DNA from: the human T2T-CHM13v2.0 reference genome, Homo sapiens
Assembly (NCBI RefSeq): GCF_009914755.1
Contig: NC_060925.1
Length of the DNA: 64,000 nucleotides
Strand: one strand, 5' to 3'
Within the stretch, counting starts at the first letter, position 1. The number at the start of each line of letters is the position of its first letter. Below, piece after piece: positions 39,856 through 54,890 of this stretch. The position numbers were made by a program, and so were the translations under genes. Below the pieces are notes generated by a model, which saw only the letters and a list, made by a program, of their open reading frames with translations, was not told where the DNA came from and searched no databases.

Positions 39856-42110
39856 CCTAAGGTACAGGTTAGATCTTTCATCTTTCAAGGACCAGTCAGC
39901 TAGTCAGGGCATACTTTTCTCATGAAAATGGCAAGGTGCAGGAGGGAGAGCAGCAATGTGTGGCACCTCTCAGGCTGACACGAGGAATTGGCAGCTGATA
40001 TACTGTCTGCCCAAATTTCACTGGCCAAGCAGCCATGTGACCAGGGACAAATAATTGGGACAGAGAACCCAATTTACCACAGAACTTAACAAAAATAATG
40101 TTGAGATTCCACTTTATGATCTATGGTGCTCTTTTACGTACATTATCTGATTTAATTCTCATAACAACACTGTGAGGTAAGAGGTATCTCCATTTAATGG
40201 AAGAAAAAAGGAGATTCTTAGATGTCGAGGTCAATGTCGCATAGCTAATAAGACCTAGGTCTCCCATCTCCACATTTGGAACTATTTCATTGCATCAAAC
40301 TTCTACCCCATAGGTTCATAAGGATCCTGGATTTCTTTCATGATCAAAAACATCTCCAATGTACAGTGCAATATATTTCCTGTACCCTAGAGTCCCTATG
40401 CACACAGGGAGAATGAGAATCAGAAACAGGAACATATTTTTACCTATTATCAGCCTCACATTAGACAGTTGACTCTATTTCCAGGTTTCACAGTCCCAGC
40501 CTTTTTTTGCTTCTAGTGTTTCCTCATAAACTTGAATTTCAAGGTTCCATGAGCCTTCCTTTGAATACCCTGCAACTTAAAATTTTCATACAAGGGATTT
40601 TTCTATAGGAAGCTTTCTTTGACTCATTTTCATGATTTTCTGATTTCATGAGAGTGTTACAAGGTGGGTGGGGTGAATAAGAGCACAGAAAAAGAAAGAG
40701 CAAAGAAGCGCAGTTTCCTTGTGCAGCTGAAGACACAATCCAGAGAGGGAAATAAGATTGAGAAGGAAAATAAAAGGAAGAAGAAAACATGACATAGAGG
40801 ACATAATGTTTCCTCGTGCTGTGGTATAGAATGCAGAAATTTTATCAGCTAAAGCTGAAGGGGAATTTTAGTGCCTCTGATGACTTAAAAAATCTAATTA
40901 AAAAATGGTTTTTTTAAATCAGTCTAACATTTGTTTCTAAACATTTCAACAGATTGAGAGAAAATATTTTTTAAAACTTTTATGAGGGCTTGGCGTAGGA
41001 AAAGAGTCCTACGCCAATCCCTTCTTTTCTCATAGGAAAAGAGTCATTTGTTATTTCTACTTTTATGTGTAAGGCAAGCGTCTTCCTCCCTTTTTCCTTT
41101 CCTGCCCAGCCCCCAGCTTGCCCCTCCTCCCCTGACTACTTGGTAATTTAAGATGCCTGAGGTGCTATAGGAGAAAAATATGACCCTGATTCTGAGTGTG
41201 ATCTGTAGGGAGCCCTGGCTGCACACCTTAATTATTGCTAACAAAGTAACATTTTAATAGCTTTAGGTTGAAATTGATGAGCCCTCCTGTTTGCTGGAAG
41301 CCTTGCAAAGACACAATATGACATCTTGTAGGAAAAAAAAAAGAGAGAAAGAAAGAATGCAGTGGTGTTAAAGTATCTGGCTCTGTGTGCAATGGCCAGC
41401 TTTTAAAAAGCACATTATCCGTGTTCAGCAACTTTTTCCTTAGAACTTCAAGTCCATTAGAGCTCATATGTTCATGTAATGCATTTCCATCTTCCTATGA
41501 ATAGGATATAAATATTATTGTTTCCTTTCACCGAAGAAAGGCACCGTGAAGGGACAGCACAAAGTCTTCTAGCAAGGGAAAGATGAGCAGCTGAACATGA
41601 GATGCTAAATTCTCTAAGCCCAGTGACTTCTCCACTTACTTTTATAGTGGTGTTCATTGGAAATGGTGGATGTAGGGTGACAAATTAGGTGGTTTAGAGG
41701 ACTGCAACGAAGTAAGAAAAGAGGACTTCACCTCCAGCTTCCAAGGTAGAACTGCAGAAGTCCCAGTATTAAGTGACAGTGACTATCTAGGCCCCGAGGA
41801 GGCTTGAGCTTATAGCAGGTCTTCAATCTGTCACAAGTTTTGAAGAACTCTCCTATCTAATAGTCCCAGTTAACGCACATAGTGGTTATGATTTCTCAGG
41901 CGACACTCCTAGTCCACAGCACCCATAGTCTCTTCTGGCATCCATGATGATGTCTGATCTTGGTCATTAGTTCCTGGAAGTCATATCATAGCTCCCCTCA
42001 TTGCCCAAATGCAAGGCCGTTTTGGCTCTGCTCACCCCCTCACAGCTACTGCAGAGCCCCTCCCAAAGGACACCCAGACCCGATTCTGTAGCACCATTGC
42101 AGGATCGTGA

Positions 42111-42668
<558 letters not shown>

Positions 42669-43980
42669 CAGATTGTCTTCTGTATGGGAGAAAAGGGCTC
42701 AGCACATCTTCTTCCAAGTCAATTTATATGACAAAATTTTTATTCCCTATGTCCTTAAGAATCTTATTTTTCATTATTCAATAGTTACGTATGGGGAGTT
42801 CAAAACATCCCACCTCCCTCCTTTTTTTTTCCTCCCAAAATGTTGAATTTGGAAATTCTATATTAAGAACACAGAAGCTAAACTTTGGTTTCTGTTGTTT
42901 TCTCCTTGCATCTCTACATTCTGGGTAGTGAGCAAAGAATATCTCACTATTCTCTGAGTTGGAGAGGAAAGGAGGTGGTGGGAAGATTTACCAAGGAAGA
43001 TGGCTGAGGATAATACTTCAAACTATTCTCTTATGTTACAGTTTTGTTCCTATCATTAAAGAAGAGACAGAACAAACCCAGAGAGAGTGGAAATAAGAGT
43101 GTCCCCTTTCTCAAGAATTAGCCACTCAGTAAGAGGAAAAAATGGGAAAAGAGCTCAAGTCAGCAGAGGAGAAAGAGGAGAAAGTAAAGAGCCATTAAAA
43201 CATGCTGGGTCTTTTAGCAGGTATTATTTTTCCATATAGCCATACAATCATAAACATAACTCAATAATAAATGGCTTCCTGGTGAATAATATTGAGCTAA
43301 GGCTTATTTAAAAAGTCCCAATACACCTGAGTCAAATTCATATCATATCTTGTTACATGTGACACTCGGTGTGTATACATAACAGTAAATACTCAAGCCA
43401 TTATGTGACAGTAAATGGGGTGGCGGGCGGGGGGAGGGGGCGTCCTGAAACTATTTGCAAGAAGTGGGGCAGGGGGTAGAAGAATGCCATTGTAAAGAGA
43501 TTAAAGAAAGGTAGGTCATCCTATTGACATAAAGGGGATTAAAGAAGATAGGAATACCTAATAACATTTGCAAAAGCATATCTGAAACTCCTAAAGGATC
43601 AGCGGAATAGAGTTATGAGGTCTCAATGACAAATAATCTTGAAGGTATATTGGGCATTTTAGGTGGGGTTAGAACTGACAGCTGTCAGCCAAGAATGGAG
43701 GTGACCATTCTCAGATTCTCAGTTTGATGTATATCTCAACAAGTTTGCTCTATATCTAAGATTTCTTCAGACCCTGCAGAGAAAAAAAATCATTGAAGGA
43801 GTTTCTGAATGATTAAATCAAATTTTCATAAAGAATTCTGTTGGTATCAAGATTCAAACCCCTGTAAAGAATCAATGCATCAAACAAGATAGGAACTTCT
43901 AATATGCAAATATGCAAAATAAATGACGGCAGGTTGAAAAGAAGCTCATCTTTCTTAAAATTTAAAGCTATAGATTTTGC

Positions 43981-44537
43981 TGTAGACTGGGTTCCCCAGG
44001 AAGCAGAGCCTGAGGCAAAAGCCTAAGTGCCACGACTTTATTCAGGAGTGCGATCCCAGGGGAGCAGAAGTGAGGGAAAATGGGCCGCGGGCAGGGAAAA
44101 AGGGAGAGATGGTGTGAGAGGTTTCCAAGCTGTCCAGCCTCTGGCGTCAAGCGCAAGTGACTGCTGGATCCCACAGGGCCATCTTCTGAGGCACCTTATA
44201 GATAGTTGCTTGTCAGGACAGTCCATCCAGGAGAAGGAAGACAGAAGAATTCATCGGATGTCCCCTTCTCACATTAGGTAAAGGTTCAACTCACGGGGAA
44301 GTTAACTCCCCTGTTCTTCCTGGTTGTTTATGGTTTAGCAATAACAGGGACTTCCCTGGGCAGGAGGCAAAGAGAGCAGTATAGAGCAGTATGTGTGTGA
44401 AGAAGCATGAAGAGAGGTGCAACATGTCAGGCATGAAGTCCGTGTTGTCTACACAGAACTGGTCACCACCACACCCAAGGCTCTCGGAGATGGGCAAGGC
44501 AAAGAGGATGTCAGGGGACAGGATGGTAACTGTTACA
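43981..44537 (-). mobile_element. ERVL LTR, LTR33/LTR16-like
   Basis: gggttccccaggaagcagagcctgaggc...tttattcaggagtgcgatcccagg; ends ctgttaca. Confidence 0.65.
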
Positions 44538-44789
44538 ATCTTTTAAGTAAAGACTTAGTTTCACATCTCCTCAAATAAGAGAATGAGATGTCTAGTAGTG
44601 TGGATATTCACTGAAAACAGGAAGTTTTACCCAAGAATTCTTAACAGTAAGTGAAGAGTATATGGGTTAAACCTGTATCATTGTCCAAACAAGTTGGGAA
44701 AAGAGGTTTCCTTCACATGTTCAGCTTTCTTGAAATCAGAGAGAACATTGAAAAAGATATCTTATTAAGTAGCAAGTGATATTGTGGTC

Positions 44790-44995
44790 ATTAATAATAA
44801 TAGCTAACATTTATAGAGGTCTTACAATGTGCTAGGCACTGTTTTAATTCACTAATGCAATTAATGAACTCTTGCATTGATATACTACATAGCAACTGAG
44901 GCACAGAGAAGCCAAATGTCTTGCCCACAAGCACACAGCAATTAAGTGGTTTAACCAAGATTCAACTCTGTAACTCCAGAACATACTCTTAGCCC
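44790..44995 (-). mobile_element. MIR SINE
   Basis: aatagctaacatttat...gtgctaggcactgt...aactgaggcacagagaa. Confidence 0.85.
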
Positions 44996-46510
44996 TTATA
45001 TTGGTCCTTGACTTTTTGCTAGAGAATAAAATTGCAATTACTTCTCTTTTCCAAAATTCATGTCTGCTTCTGATAAGTCTTGAGGTTTTCTTAAAATGTA
45101 ATTAGGAATATGCATATTTCCCAAATAATATTCAAGCACCATAACCTCTGGAAAATAATGCAACTGCCAGAATTGTGATAAAAGGGAAACAACCCCCCTC
45201 AACTTAATAGCAGCAAGGTAACTAATTGACCATATGTGCCCGTTGGGTGAGATAGCAACACCTCAGAAAACATCTCGGTGACCAGAGGGCATCTCAGGTG
45301 AATTAGGAAACAGTTCCTTTCTCTAGGAGGGTGCAGGCATCAGCCCACACTATTCCTCTAGGCCCGGATGCTTTTTGCAGAGTGAACAAACAGCAGCAGT
45401 GAGTTGGGATGGGGGTGGGGATTTTAAGAGACTGAATCAAGTTCAGAGAGCCCCCACTGACTCCAAAGCATGCTTTTAACTGTCATATTCCCACTATGAA
45501 CCAGGGGGAAAAATCTCAGTTCCTTGTCCAGAAAGCTTCCAAAAGAAAATCTTGCCTGCTCTTAATGTATTTTTTTCATGCTCCACAGATGTCCTTTCTC
45601 ATAAATTCAGAAGTATCTGCACGTCCCAAGGTGAGCTGGTATCTTCATTTTATTGCCAGCAGTTTGCAGGCAATGGATCTGACATTAAAAAAATACAGCA
45701 CTCACTTTTGAGAGTGTGACCCTCTTTCCCAACTCCTTCCTAATCTTTTTCCAATTCCCTTTGCTCTTTTCACCTCTGTGCTTCTGGTTAACACACATGG
45801 GGGCTTTGGAGACTCCCCTGATCCTTTGACTTCTTGCTCAATCGGGAAAGGATGCATTTTTCTCTACAGATTGCCTCATAGAGACGCAGCATCTGTCTAA
45901 GACAAAAAGAGCCTCCAGAGAACTTACTTTAGCTGTTTGCCAACTAACCCATTTTGCATGCTTCCTGAGAAGAAACAATGCACACCATCTCTACAGGAGG
46001 AAGCAGGAGAGATATTGGTTCCATGTAAATATCTCAAAGGAAATTTATGATGCTGATGGGAAATTTAAGACCCTTAAAATAATTGCTGGTTTGTGAATCC
46101 AGGCAGTACATTTTTATCACCTCATGCCTGTGCCTTCCCTCATCCCCTTCCTGAGGGAGAGTGGTCATGGATTCAGTGGTCTCTCCACCTCTCCCTCCTT
46201 AATGGCACTTGCTGGGGAGAATTTTGATAATCCACCATTTCAGTTAACTTGAGTAGATTTGTGTGCTTTTAAATAGAAAGCCCTTTCACTCCTTCTGGAT
46301 ATAGTTCAGTGTCCTGTGTGACTTGCAGGGACTGTTAGTTCTCTACCCACTCTCCATATTCTCATTCTTTTTTTCTATTATAATGGCTTTATTTTATTAT
46401 AGCACAGAGGTTACCATAAAGTCTCTGAAGTCAGACTATCTGACTTTAAATCTTGACCTTTCTACTTCCCTGCTGATGACCTTGGGCCAGTTACTTGCTT
46501 TTTCCCCAGT

Positions 46511-48381
46511 TTCTTTTTTTTATTTATTATTATTATTACACTTGAAGTTCTAGGGTACATGTGCACAACCTGCAGGTTTGTTACATATGTATACATGTGC
46601 CATGTGGGTGTGCTGCACCCATGAACTCGTCATTTACATTAGGTACATCTCCTAATGCTATCCCTCCCCCATCCCCCCACCCCACAACAGGCCCCGGTGT
46701 GTGATGTTCCTCTCCCTGTGTCCAAGTGTTCTCATTGTTCAATTCCCACCTATGAGTGAGAACATGCGGTGTTTGGTTTTCTGTCCTTGCAACAGTTTGC
46801 TGAGAATGACGGTTTCTAGCTTCATCCATGTCCCTAGAAAGGACATGAACTCATCCTTTTTTATGGCTGCATAGTATTCCATGGTGTATATGTGCCAGAT
46901 TTTCCTAATCCAGTTTATCATTGATGGGCATTTGGGTTGGTTCCAAGTCTTTGTTATTGTGAATAGTGCCGCAATAAACATATGTGTGCATGTGTCTTTA
47001 TAGCAGCATGATTTACAATCCTTTGGGTATATACCCGGTAATGGGATGGCTGGGTCAAATGGTATTTCTAGTTCTAGATCCTTGAGGAATCGCCACACTG
47101 ACTTCCACAATGGTTGAACTAGTTTACAGTCCCACCAACAGTGTAAAAGTGTTCCTATTTCTTCACATCCTCTCCCTTCACATCCTCTCCAGCACCTGTT
47201 GTTTCCTGACTTTTTAATGATTGCCATTCTAACTGGTGTGAGATGGTATCTCATTGTGGTTTTGATTTGCATTTCTCTGATAGCCAGTGATGATGAGCAT
47301 TTTTTCATGTGTCTGTTGGCTGCATAAATGTCTTCTTTTGAGAAGTGTCTGTTCATATCCTTTGCCCACTTTTTGATGGGGTTGTTTGATTTTTTTCTTG
47401 TAAATTTGAGTTCCTTATAGATTCTGGATATTAGCCCTTTGTCACATGGGTAGATTGCAAAAATTTTCTCCCATTCTGTAGGTTGCCTGTTCACTTTGTT
47501 GGTAGTTTCTTTTGCTGTGCAGAAGCGCTTTAGTTTAATTAGATCCCATTTGTCAATTTTGGCTTTTGTTGTCATTGCTTTTGGTGTTTTAGACATGAAG
47601 TCCTTGCCCATGCCTATACCCTGAATGGTATTGCCTAGGTTTTCTTCTAGGGTTTTTATGGTTTTAGGTCTAACATTTGTCTTTAATCCATCTTGAATTA
47701 ATTTTTGTATAAGGTGTAAGGAAGGGATCCAGTCTCAGCTTTCTACATATGGCTAGCCATTTTTCCCAGCACCATTTATTAAATAGGGAATCCTTTCCCC
47801 ATTTCTTGTTTTTGTCAGGTTTGTGAAAGATCAGATGGTTGTAGATGTGTAGTATTATTTTTGAGGGCTCTGTTCTGTTCCATTGGTCTATATCTCTGTT
47901 TTGGTACCAGTACCATGCTGTTTTGGTTACTGTAGCCTTGTAGTATAGTTTGAAGTCAGGTAGCATGATGCCTCCAGCTTTGTTCTTTTGGCTTAGGATT
48001 GTCTTGGCAATGCTGGCTCTTTTTTGGTTCCATATGAACTTTAAGGTAGTTTTTTCCAATTCTGTGAAGAAAGTCATTGGTAGCTTGATGGGGATGGCAC
48101 TGAATCTATAAATTACCTTGGGCAGTATGGGCATTTTCATGATATTCATTCTTCCTATCCATGAGCATGGAATGTTCTTCCATTTGTTTGTGTCCTCTTT
48201 TATTTTGTTGAGCAGTGGTTTGTAGTTCTCCTTGAAGAGGTCCTTCACATCCCTTGTAAGTTGGATGCCTAGGTATTTTATTCTCTTTGAAGCAATTGTG
48301 AATGGGAGTTCACTCATGACTTGGCTCTCTGTTTGTCTGCTATTGGTGTATATGAATGCTTGTGATTTTTGCACGTTGATT
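46511..48381 (-). mobile_element. L1PA (about PA4-PA5), non-inverted 3' part
   Basis: ORF2 C-terminal peptides (46739-47611, 47670-48381), 3'UTR and tail at 46511-46540. Confidence 0.97.
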
Positions 48382-49037
<656 letters not shown>

Positions 49038-49845
49038 TAGCCAGTTGACTCAATACTAGCCAATGAGACGTAAATAGGAGCTGTTGAGAGGAACTTCTGT
49101 GAAAGCAGCATAAAACAGATTGCCTGGGAGCTTCTTTCTGCCCCTCTGCCTTTCCTCCTTCTTTGGGTCTGCAACTTAAACATGAAGGCTGGACCTTTAG
49201 TTGACAACTTGAACCATGAAGCAATCTTGAGGGAAAAATTTTTAGCTAGGAGTGGCAGAAAAAAAAAAAAAAGACATAAGGATCCTAGTTTTCTGATAAC
49301 TGAAGAACTGTTGTATCAGCCCTGAGTTGCCTACCCTCAGCCTTATTTTATCCAAGAGGAAATAAAGTTCCATCTCATTTTAACTAAGGTTGTTTTATTT
49401 TTCTATGCTATGCAGCAATACCTAACCCTAACTAATATATTACCTGTGTGATGAGAAAACATCAGTAATGCCTTCTCCTAACAGATTGATCAGGTATATT
49501 TGTAAATGATCATTATATTTGTTAATATTCTTTAGGTGGCAAGTAACAAAAGCCAATTAGAGTTAGAAAACTAGAAAAGGAGAACGTATTATGAAGTATG
49601 GATGTGCCCATTTTTTTTCTCTATTTCAGCACCACCATTTCACCCTGCTTCTAGGAGTCTGACTATATTATATTAATCATATAAATGGTATCATGAGTAT
49701 TTGTTCTTATGTGTATGCCTTGTTTTTCATGTAGTATGTCTTCCAGGTTCATCTATGATGATGTTGTAAATGGCAAGATTTCTTCTTTTTAAAGGCTGAT
49801 TAATATTCCAATGCACTCCACATATTCTGTACATATGTACAGACT

Positions 49846-49980
49846 ATGTGTGTGTATATATATATATACACACAGAATATGTATATATATTATATATATG
49901 TGTGTATGTGTGTATATATATATACACACAGAATATGTATATATATTATATATATGTGTGTATGTGTGTATATATATACA
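49846..49980. repeat. 56-bp-period TA/TG minisatellite
   Basis: cacacagaatatg at 49869 and 49925. Confidence 0.85.
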
Positions 49981-50025
49981 TATTTTATATATATAATATA
50001 TATTATTATATATAATTCAATTAGG

Positions 50026-50030
<5 letters not shown>

Positions 50031-50090
<60 letters not shown>
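50031..50090. repeat. Pure (TA)30
   Basis: Direct count. Confidence 0.97.
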
Positions 50091-50094
<4 letters not shown>

Positions 50095-52236
50095 GCTTTT
50101 GAGGTACAAGTGGGATTTGGTTACATGGATGAATTGTAGAGTGGTGAAGTCCGAGATTTTAGTGCACCCATCACCTACGTAGTGAACATTGAACCCAATA
50201 TGCAATTTGTTATCCCTCATGCTCCTCCCACCCTTCTCCCAACCTCTTCCTCCCACCCTCCTCCCTTCAGAGTCTCCAATGTCCATTATACCACTCTGCA
50301 TACCTCTGCCTACCCATAGCTTAGCTCCCACTTATAAGAGAACCTATGGTATTTGGGGTATTTGGTTTTCCATCCCTGAGTTACTTTACTTAGCATAATA
50401 GCCTCCAGCTCCATTCAGGTGGCTGCAAAAGACATTATTTTATTCCTTTTCATGGCTGTGTAGTATTCCGTGGTGTATATATACTACATTTTTCTTATCC
50501 ACTTATTAGTTGATGGACATTTAGGTTGGTTCCGTATCTTTGCCACTGTGAATTGTGCCATTATAAACATATGTGTGCAGGTATCTTTTTGATATAATGA
50601 CTTACTTTCCTTTGGGTAGATACTAAGTACTTGAGATTGCTGGATCAAATGTAGATGTATTTTTAGTTCTTTGAGAAATCTTCATACTGTTTTCCACTGA
50701 GGTTGTACTAATTTACATTCTCATCAGCAGTGTATCAGTGTTCCCTTTTCACCACATTAATGTCAATATCTATTGTTTTGTGACTTTTTAATAATGGCAA
50801 TTCTGGTTGGGGTAAGATGGTATCTCACTGTGATTTTAACATTTATTTCCCTGATGATTAGTGATCTTGAGCAATTTTTTCATATATTTGTTGGCCATTT
50901 GTGTAACTTCACTTGAGAAGTGTTCATGTCATTTGTCCACTTTTTGATGAGTTTTTTTTTTCTTGCTGATTGTTTGAGTTCCTTGTAGATTCTGGATATT
51001 AGTCCTCTGTCTGATGCATAATTCACAACTATTTTCTCCCATTCTATGATTGTCTGTTTACTCTGATGATTACATACTTTGCTGTGCACAAGTGTTTTAG
51101 TTTAATTAGGTCTCATTTATTTATTTTTGTTTTTCTTGCATTTGCTTTTGGGGTCTTAGTCATAAATTCTTTGCCTAGGCTAATGTCCAGAAGAGTTCTT
51201 TCTAGGTTTTCTTCTAGAAATTTTATGTTTTCAGGTCACAGATTTAAGTCTTGGATCCATCTTGAGATCCATATACATTTTAGTATATGGTGAGAGATTA
51301 GGATCAAGGTTCATTCTTCTACATGTGGCTACCCAATTTTCCCAGCACCGTTTATTGACTAGGGTATCCTTTCCCCAGTTTATATTTTTGTATGTTTTGT
51401 TGAAGATGTTGATTGTAAGTATTTGGCTTTATTTCTTCGTTCTCTATTCTATTCCGTTGGTCTATGTGTCTACTTTTATACCATGTCATGCTGGTTTTTT
51501 TTGTTTGTTTGTTTCCTATAGCCTGATAGTATAATTTGAAATTGGGTAATGTGATGCTTCCAGATTTGTTATTTTTGCTTAGAATTGTTTTGGCTGTTTG
51601 GGCTCTTTAAAATTCCATATGAATTTTAGGATTTGTATTTTGATAGGAATTGCGTTGAGTCTCTAGTTTGCTTTGGGCAGTATGTTCAGTTTCATGATAT
51701 TGATTCTTCCAATCCATGAACATGGAATGTATTTGACATTTGTTTGTGTCATTTATGATTTCTTTCAGCAGTATTTTATAGTTTTCCTTGGAGAGAGCTT
51801 TCACCTCCTTGGTTAAATATATTCCTAGTTGGGTTGTATTGTTTTGTTTTGCAGCTATTGTGAAAGGGATTGAGTTCTTGATTTTATTCTTGGCTTGATC
51901 GTTGTTGGTGTATTACAGTGTTACTTATTTGCATACATGGATTTTGTAACCTGAGACTTTACTGAATTCATTTATCAAATCTAGGAGTATTTTGGAGGAG
52001 TTTTTAGGGCTTCCTAGGTATACAGTCATATCATAAGCAAACACAGATAGTTTGTTTTCCTCTTTTCTCAACTTGGATGCCCTTTATTTCTTGCTCTTGC
52101 TTGATTGTTCTGGCTAGGACTTCCAGTACTCTGTTGAATGTAAGTGGTGAAGCGGGTATCCTTGTCTTGTTCTCATTCTTAGGGGGAACACTTCCAACTT
52201 TTTCCCATCTGTATGATGTTGGCTGAGGGTTTGTCC
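50091..52236 (-). mobile_element. 5'-truncated L1PB
   Basis: ggttacatggatgaattgtagagtggtgaagtccgagattttagtgcaccc 3' end; decayed ORF2. Confidence 0.88.
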
Positions 52237-54577
52237 TATCTACATATTCTTTATCCATTCATCCATCCATGAACGCTTACATAGCTTCTGAGTATTGGCT
52301 ATTGTTAATAATGATGTAATGAGTATGGGAGTGCAGATATCTCTTCAAGATTCTGATTTCAATTCCTTTGGATATATACCCAGACATGATATTGCTGGAT
52401 CATATGATAGTTCTATTTTTAAGTTTTTTAGGAATCTCCATACTGTTTTTTATAGTGGCTGCATCAACTTGTATTCCCACCAATGATGTACAAATGTTCC
52501 CTTTTCTCCACATCTTTGTCAATATTTATCTTTTTCCATTTTATAATAGCCATCCTAACAGATATGAAGTGATATTTCTTTGTGGTTTTGATTTGCATTT
52601 CCCTACCGATTAGTGATGTTGAGCACCTTTTCAGATACTGGCTGGTCATTTGTATGTTTTTTTTTTTTTGGAAAAATGCCTATTCAGTTCCTTTGTCCAT
52701 TTTTCAATCAGGTTATTTGTTTTTGTTTTTAACATTTATTATTAAGTTATAGGAGTTTCATTTATCTTGGACATTAACTCTTTATCAGATACATGGCTTG
52801 CAAATATTTTCTCCTTTTCTGTAGTTTGCATTTGGTTGATTATTTCCTTTGTGCTGCGGATGTTTCTTTTTCTTTTAGTTTTTTTCTTAGTTTGTCTATT
52901 TTTGCTTTTGTTGCCTTCGGTTTGGTATAATATCCTAGGAAATCATTGCCCAAGGCCAATGTCAGAAAGCATTTTCTCTATGTTTTCTTCTGCAGATTTT
53001 ACAGTTTCAAATCTGGCATTTAAGTCTTTAATCTATTTTGGTTGATTTTTGTATATAGTGTAAAATAAGGATCCAATTTCATTGTTTTGCATGTGGATAT
53101 CCAGTTTTCCCAACACAATTTGTTGAAAAAACTATCATTTCCTCATTGCATATTCTTGGCACCCATGTCAAAGACCAGTTGACCATATACACATGGGTTT
53201 ATTTCTGGGCTGTCCATTCTGTTTCATTGCTCTGTATGTCTGCTTTTAGTACCATAATGTTTTGATTACTATAGTTTGTAATCTATTTTGAAATCATGAA
53301 GTACAATGTCTCCAGATTTGTTCTTCTTGCTCAAAATGGCTTTGGCTATTCAGAGTCTTTGTGGTTCCGTATGAATTTTAGGATTGTTTTTTCTATTTCT
53401 GCAAAAAGTATTATTGGGCTTTTGATAGGGATTGCATTGAATCTGTAAATCACTTTGGGTAGTATGAACTTTTTAACAATATTAATTCTTCCAATCCCTG
53501 AACATGGCATGTCTTTGCAATTATTTGTGTCTGCTTTAATTTCTTTTGCCAGTGTTTTATAGTTATTAGTGTATAAGCCTTTCACCCCTTAATTAGCTTT
53601 GCTCTTTCTGGTGCTATTGTAAGTGAGATTGTTTTCTTAATTTCCTTTTCAGATAATTCATTGTTAGTGTATAGAAATATAATTGATATCTGTACATTAC
53701 TTTTGTATCATAATTTTGCTGAATTGTGTATCCTGAAACTTGTGTAGTCTCTATTTTCTACATATCAGATCATGTAATCTGCAAACAGAGATAATTTTAT
53801 TTCTTCCTTTCCAATCTAGCTGACTTTTATTTCTTTTTCTTGCCTGATTTCTCTGGTTAGGACCTATAGTGTTTTGTTGGATAGAAGTGATGAGAGTGGG
53901 CACCTTTGCCCAATTCCAGATCTTAGAATAAAAGCTTTCAGTTTTTCACCACAGAGTATGATGTCAGCTGTGGGCTTTTCATATACAGGCTTTATTTATG
54001 TCTAAGTTAATTCCTTCTGTACCTAATTTGTTGACAGTTTTCATCATGAAAGGATGCTGAACTTTTTCAAATGCTTTTTGCCTCATCTATTGAGATGATT
54101 ATGTGATTTTTATCTTTCATTCTGTTAGTGTGATGTATCACAATGATTGATTTGTATATGCTAAACCATCCTTGAGTCCAAGAGATAATTCCACTTGGTT
54201 ATAGTATATGAACCTTTCAGTGGGCTGTTTAATTCAGTTTACTAATATTTTGGTGAGGATGTCTGCATTCATGTTCATCAGGGATATTGGCTTGTCATTT
54301 TCTTATGATGTATTTGTCTGGCTTTGGTATCAGGGTGGCCTCATAAAAATGGAAATGTTCATTTTTCTACTTTTTGGAAGAACTTCAGAAGGAACGATGT
54401 AAGTTTTCTTTTAAATGTTTGGTAGAATTCACCTCTGACATTATTTGGTTATGTGTTTTCCTTTATTGAAATGTTTCTGATTACTGATTCAATCTTTTTA
54501 TTTGCTATGGGTCTCTTCCAGCTTTCTATTTCTTCTTGATTCAGTTTTGGTACCTATGTTTCTAGGAATTTTCCCAT

Positions 54578-54890
54578 TTCTTTCTTTTCTTTTCTTTCTT
54601 TTTTTTTTTTTTGAAACAGAGTTTCACTCTGTCACCCAGGCTGGAGTGCAGTGGCATGATCATGGCTCACTGCAGCCATGATCAGGGATCAAGTGATTCT
54701 CCCACCTCAGCTTCCCAAGTAGCTGAGACTAAAGGCATGTGCCACCACACCTGGCTAAGTTTTGTATTTTTTGTAGAGATGGGGTTTGACCATGTTGCCC
54801 AGGCTGGTCTTGAACTCCTGGGCTCAAGCAATCTGCCTGCCTTGGCCTCCCAAAGTGCTGGGATTATAGGCGTGGGCTACCAGCTCCAGC
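54578..54890 (-). mobile_element. AluJ-like within L1M
   Basis: Reverse dimer. Confidence 0.92.
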
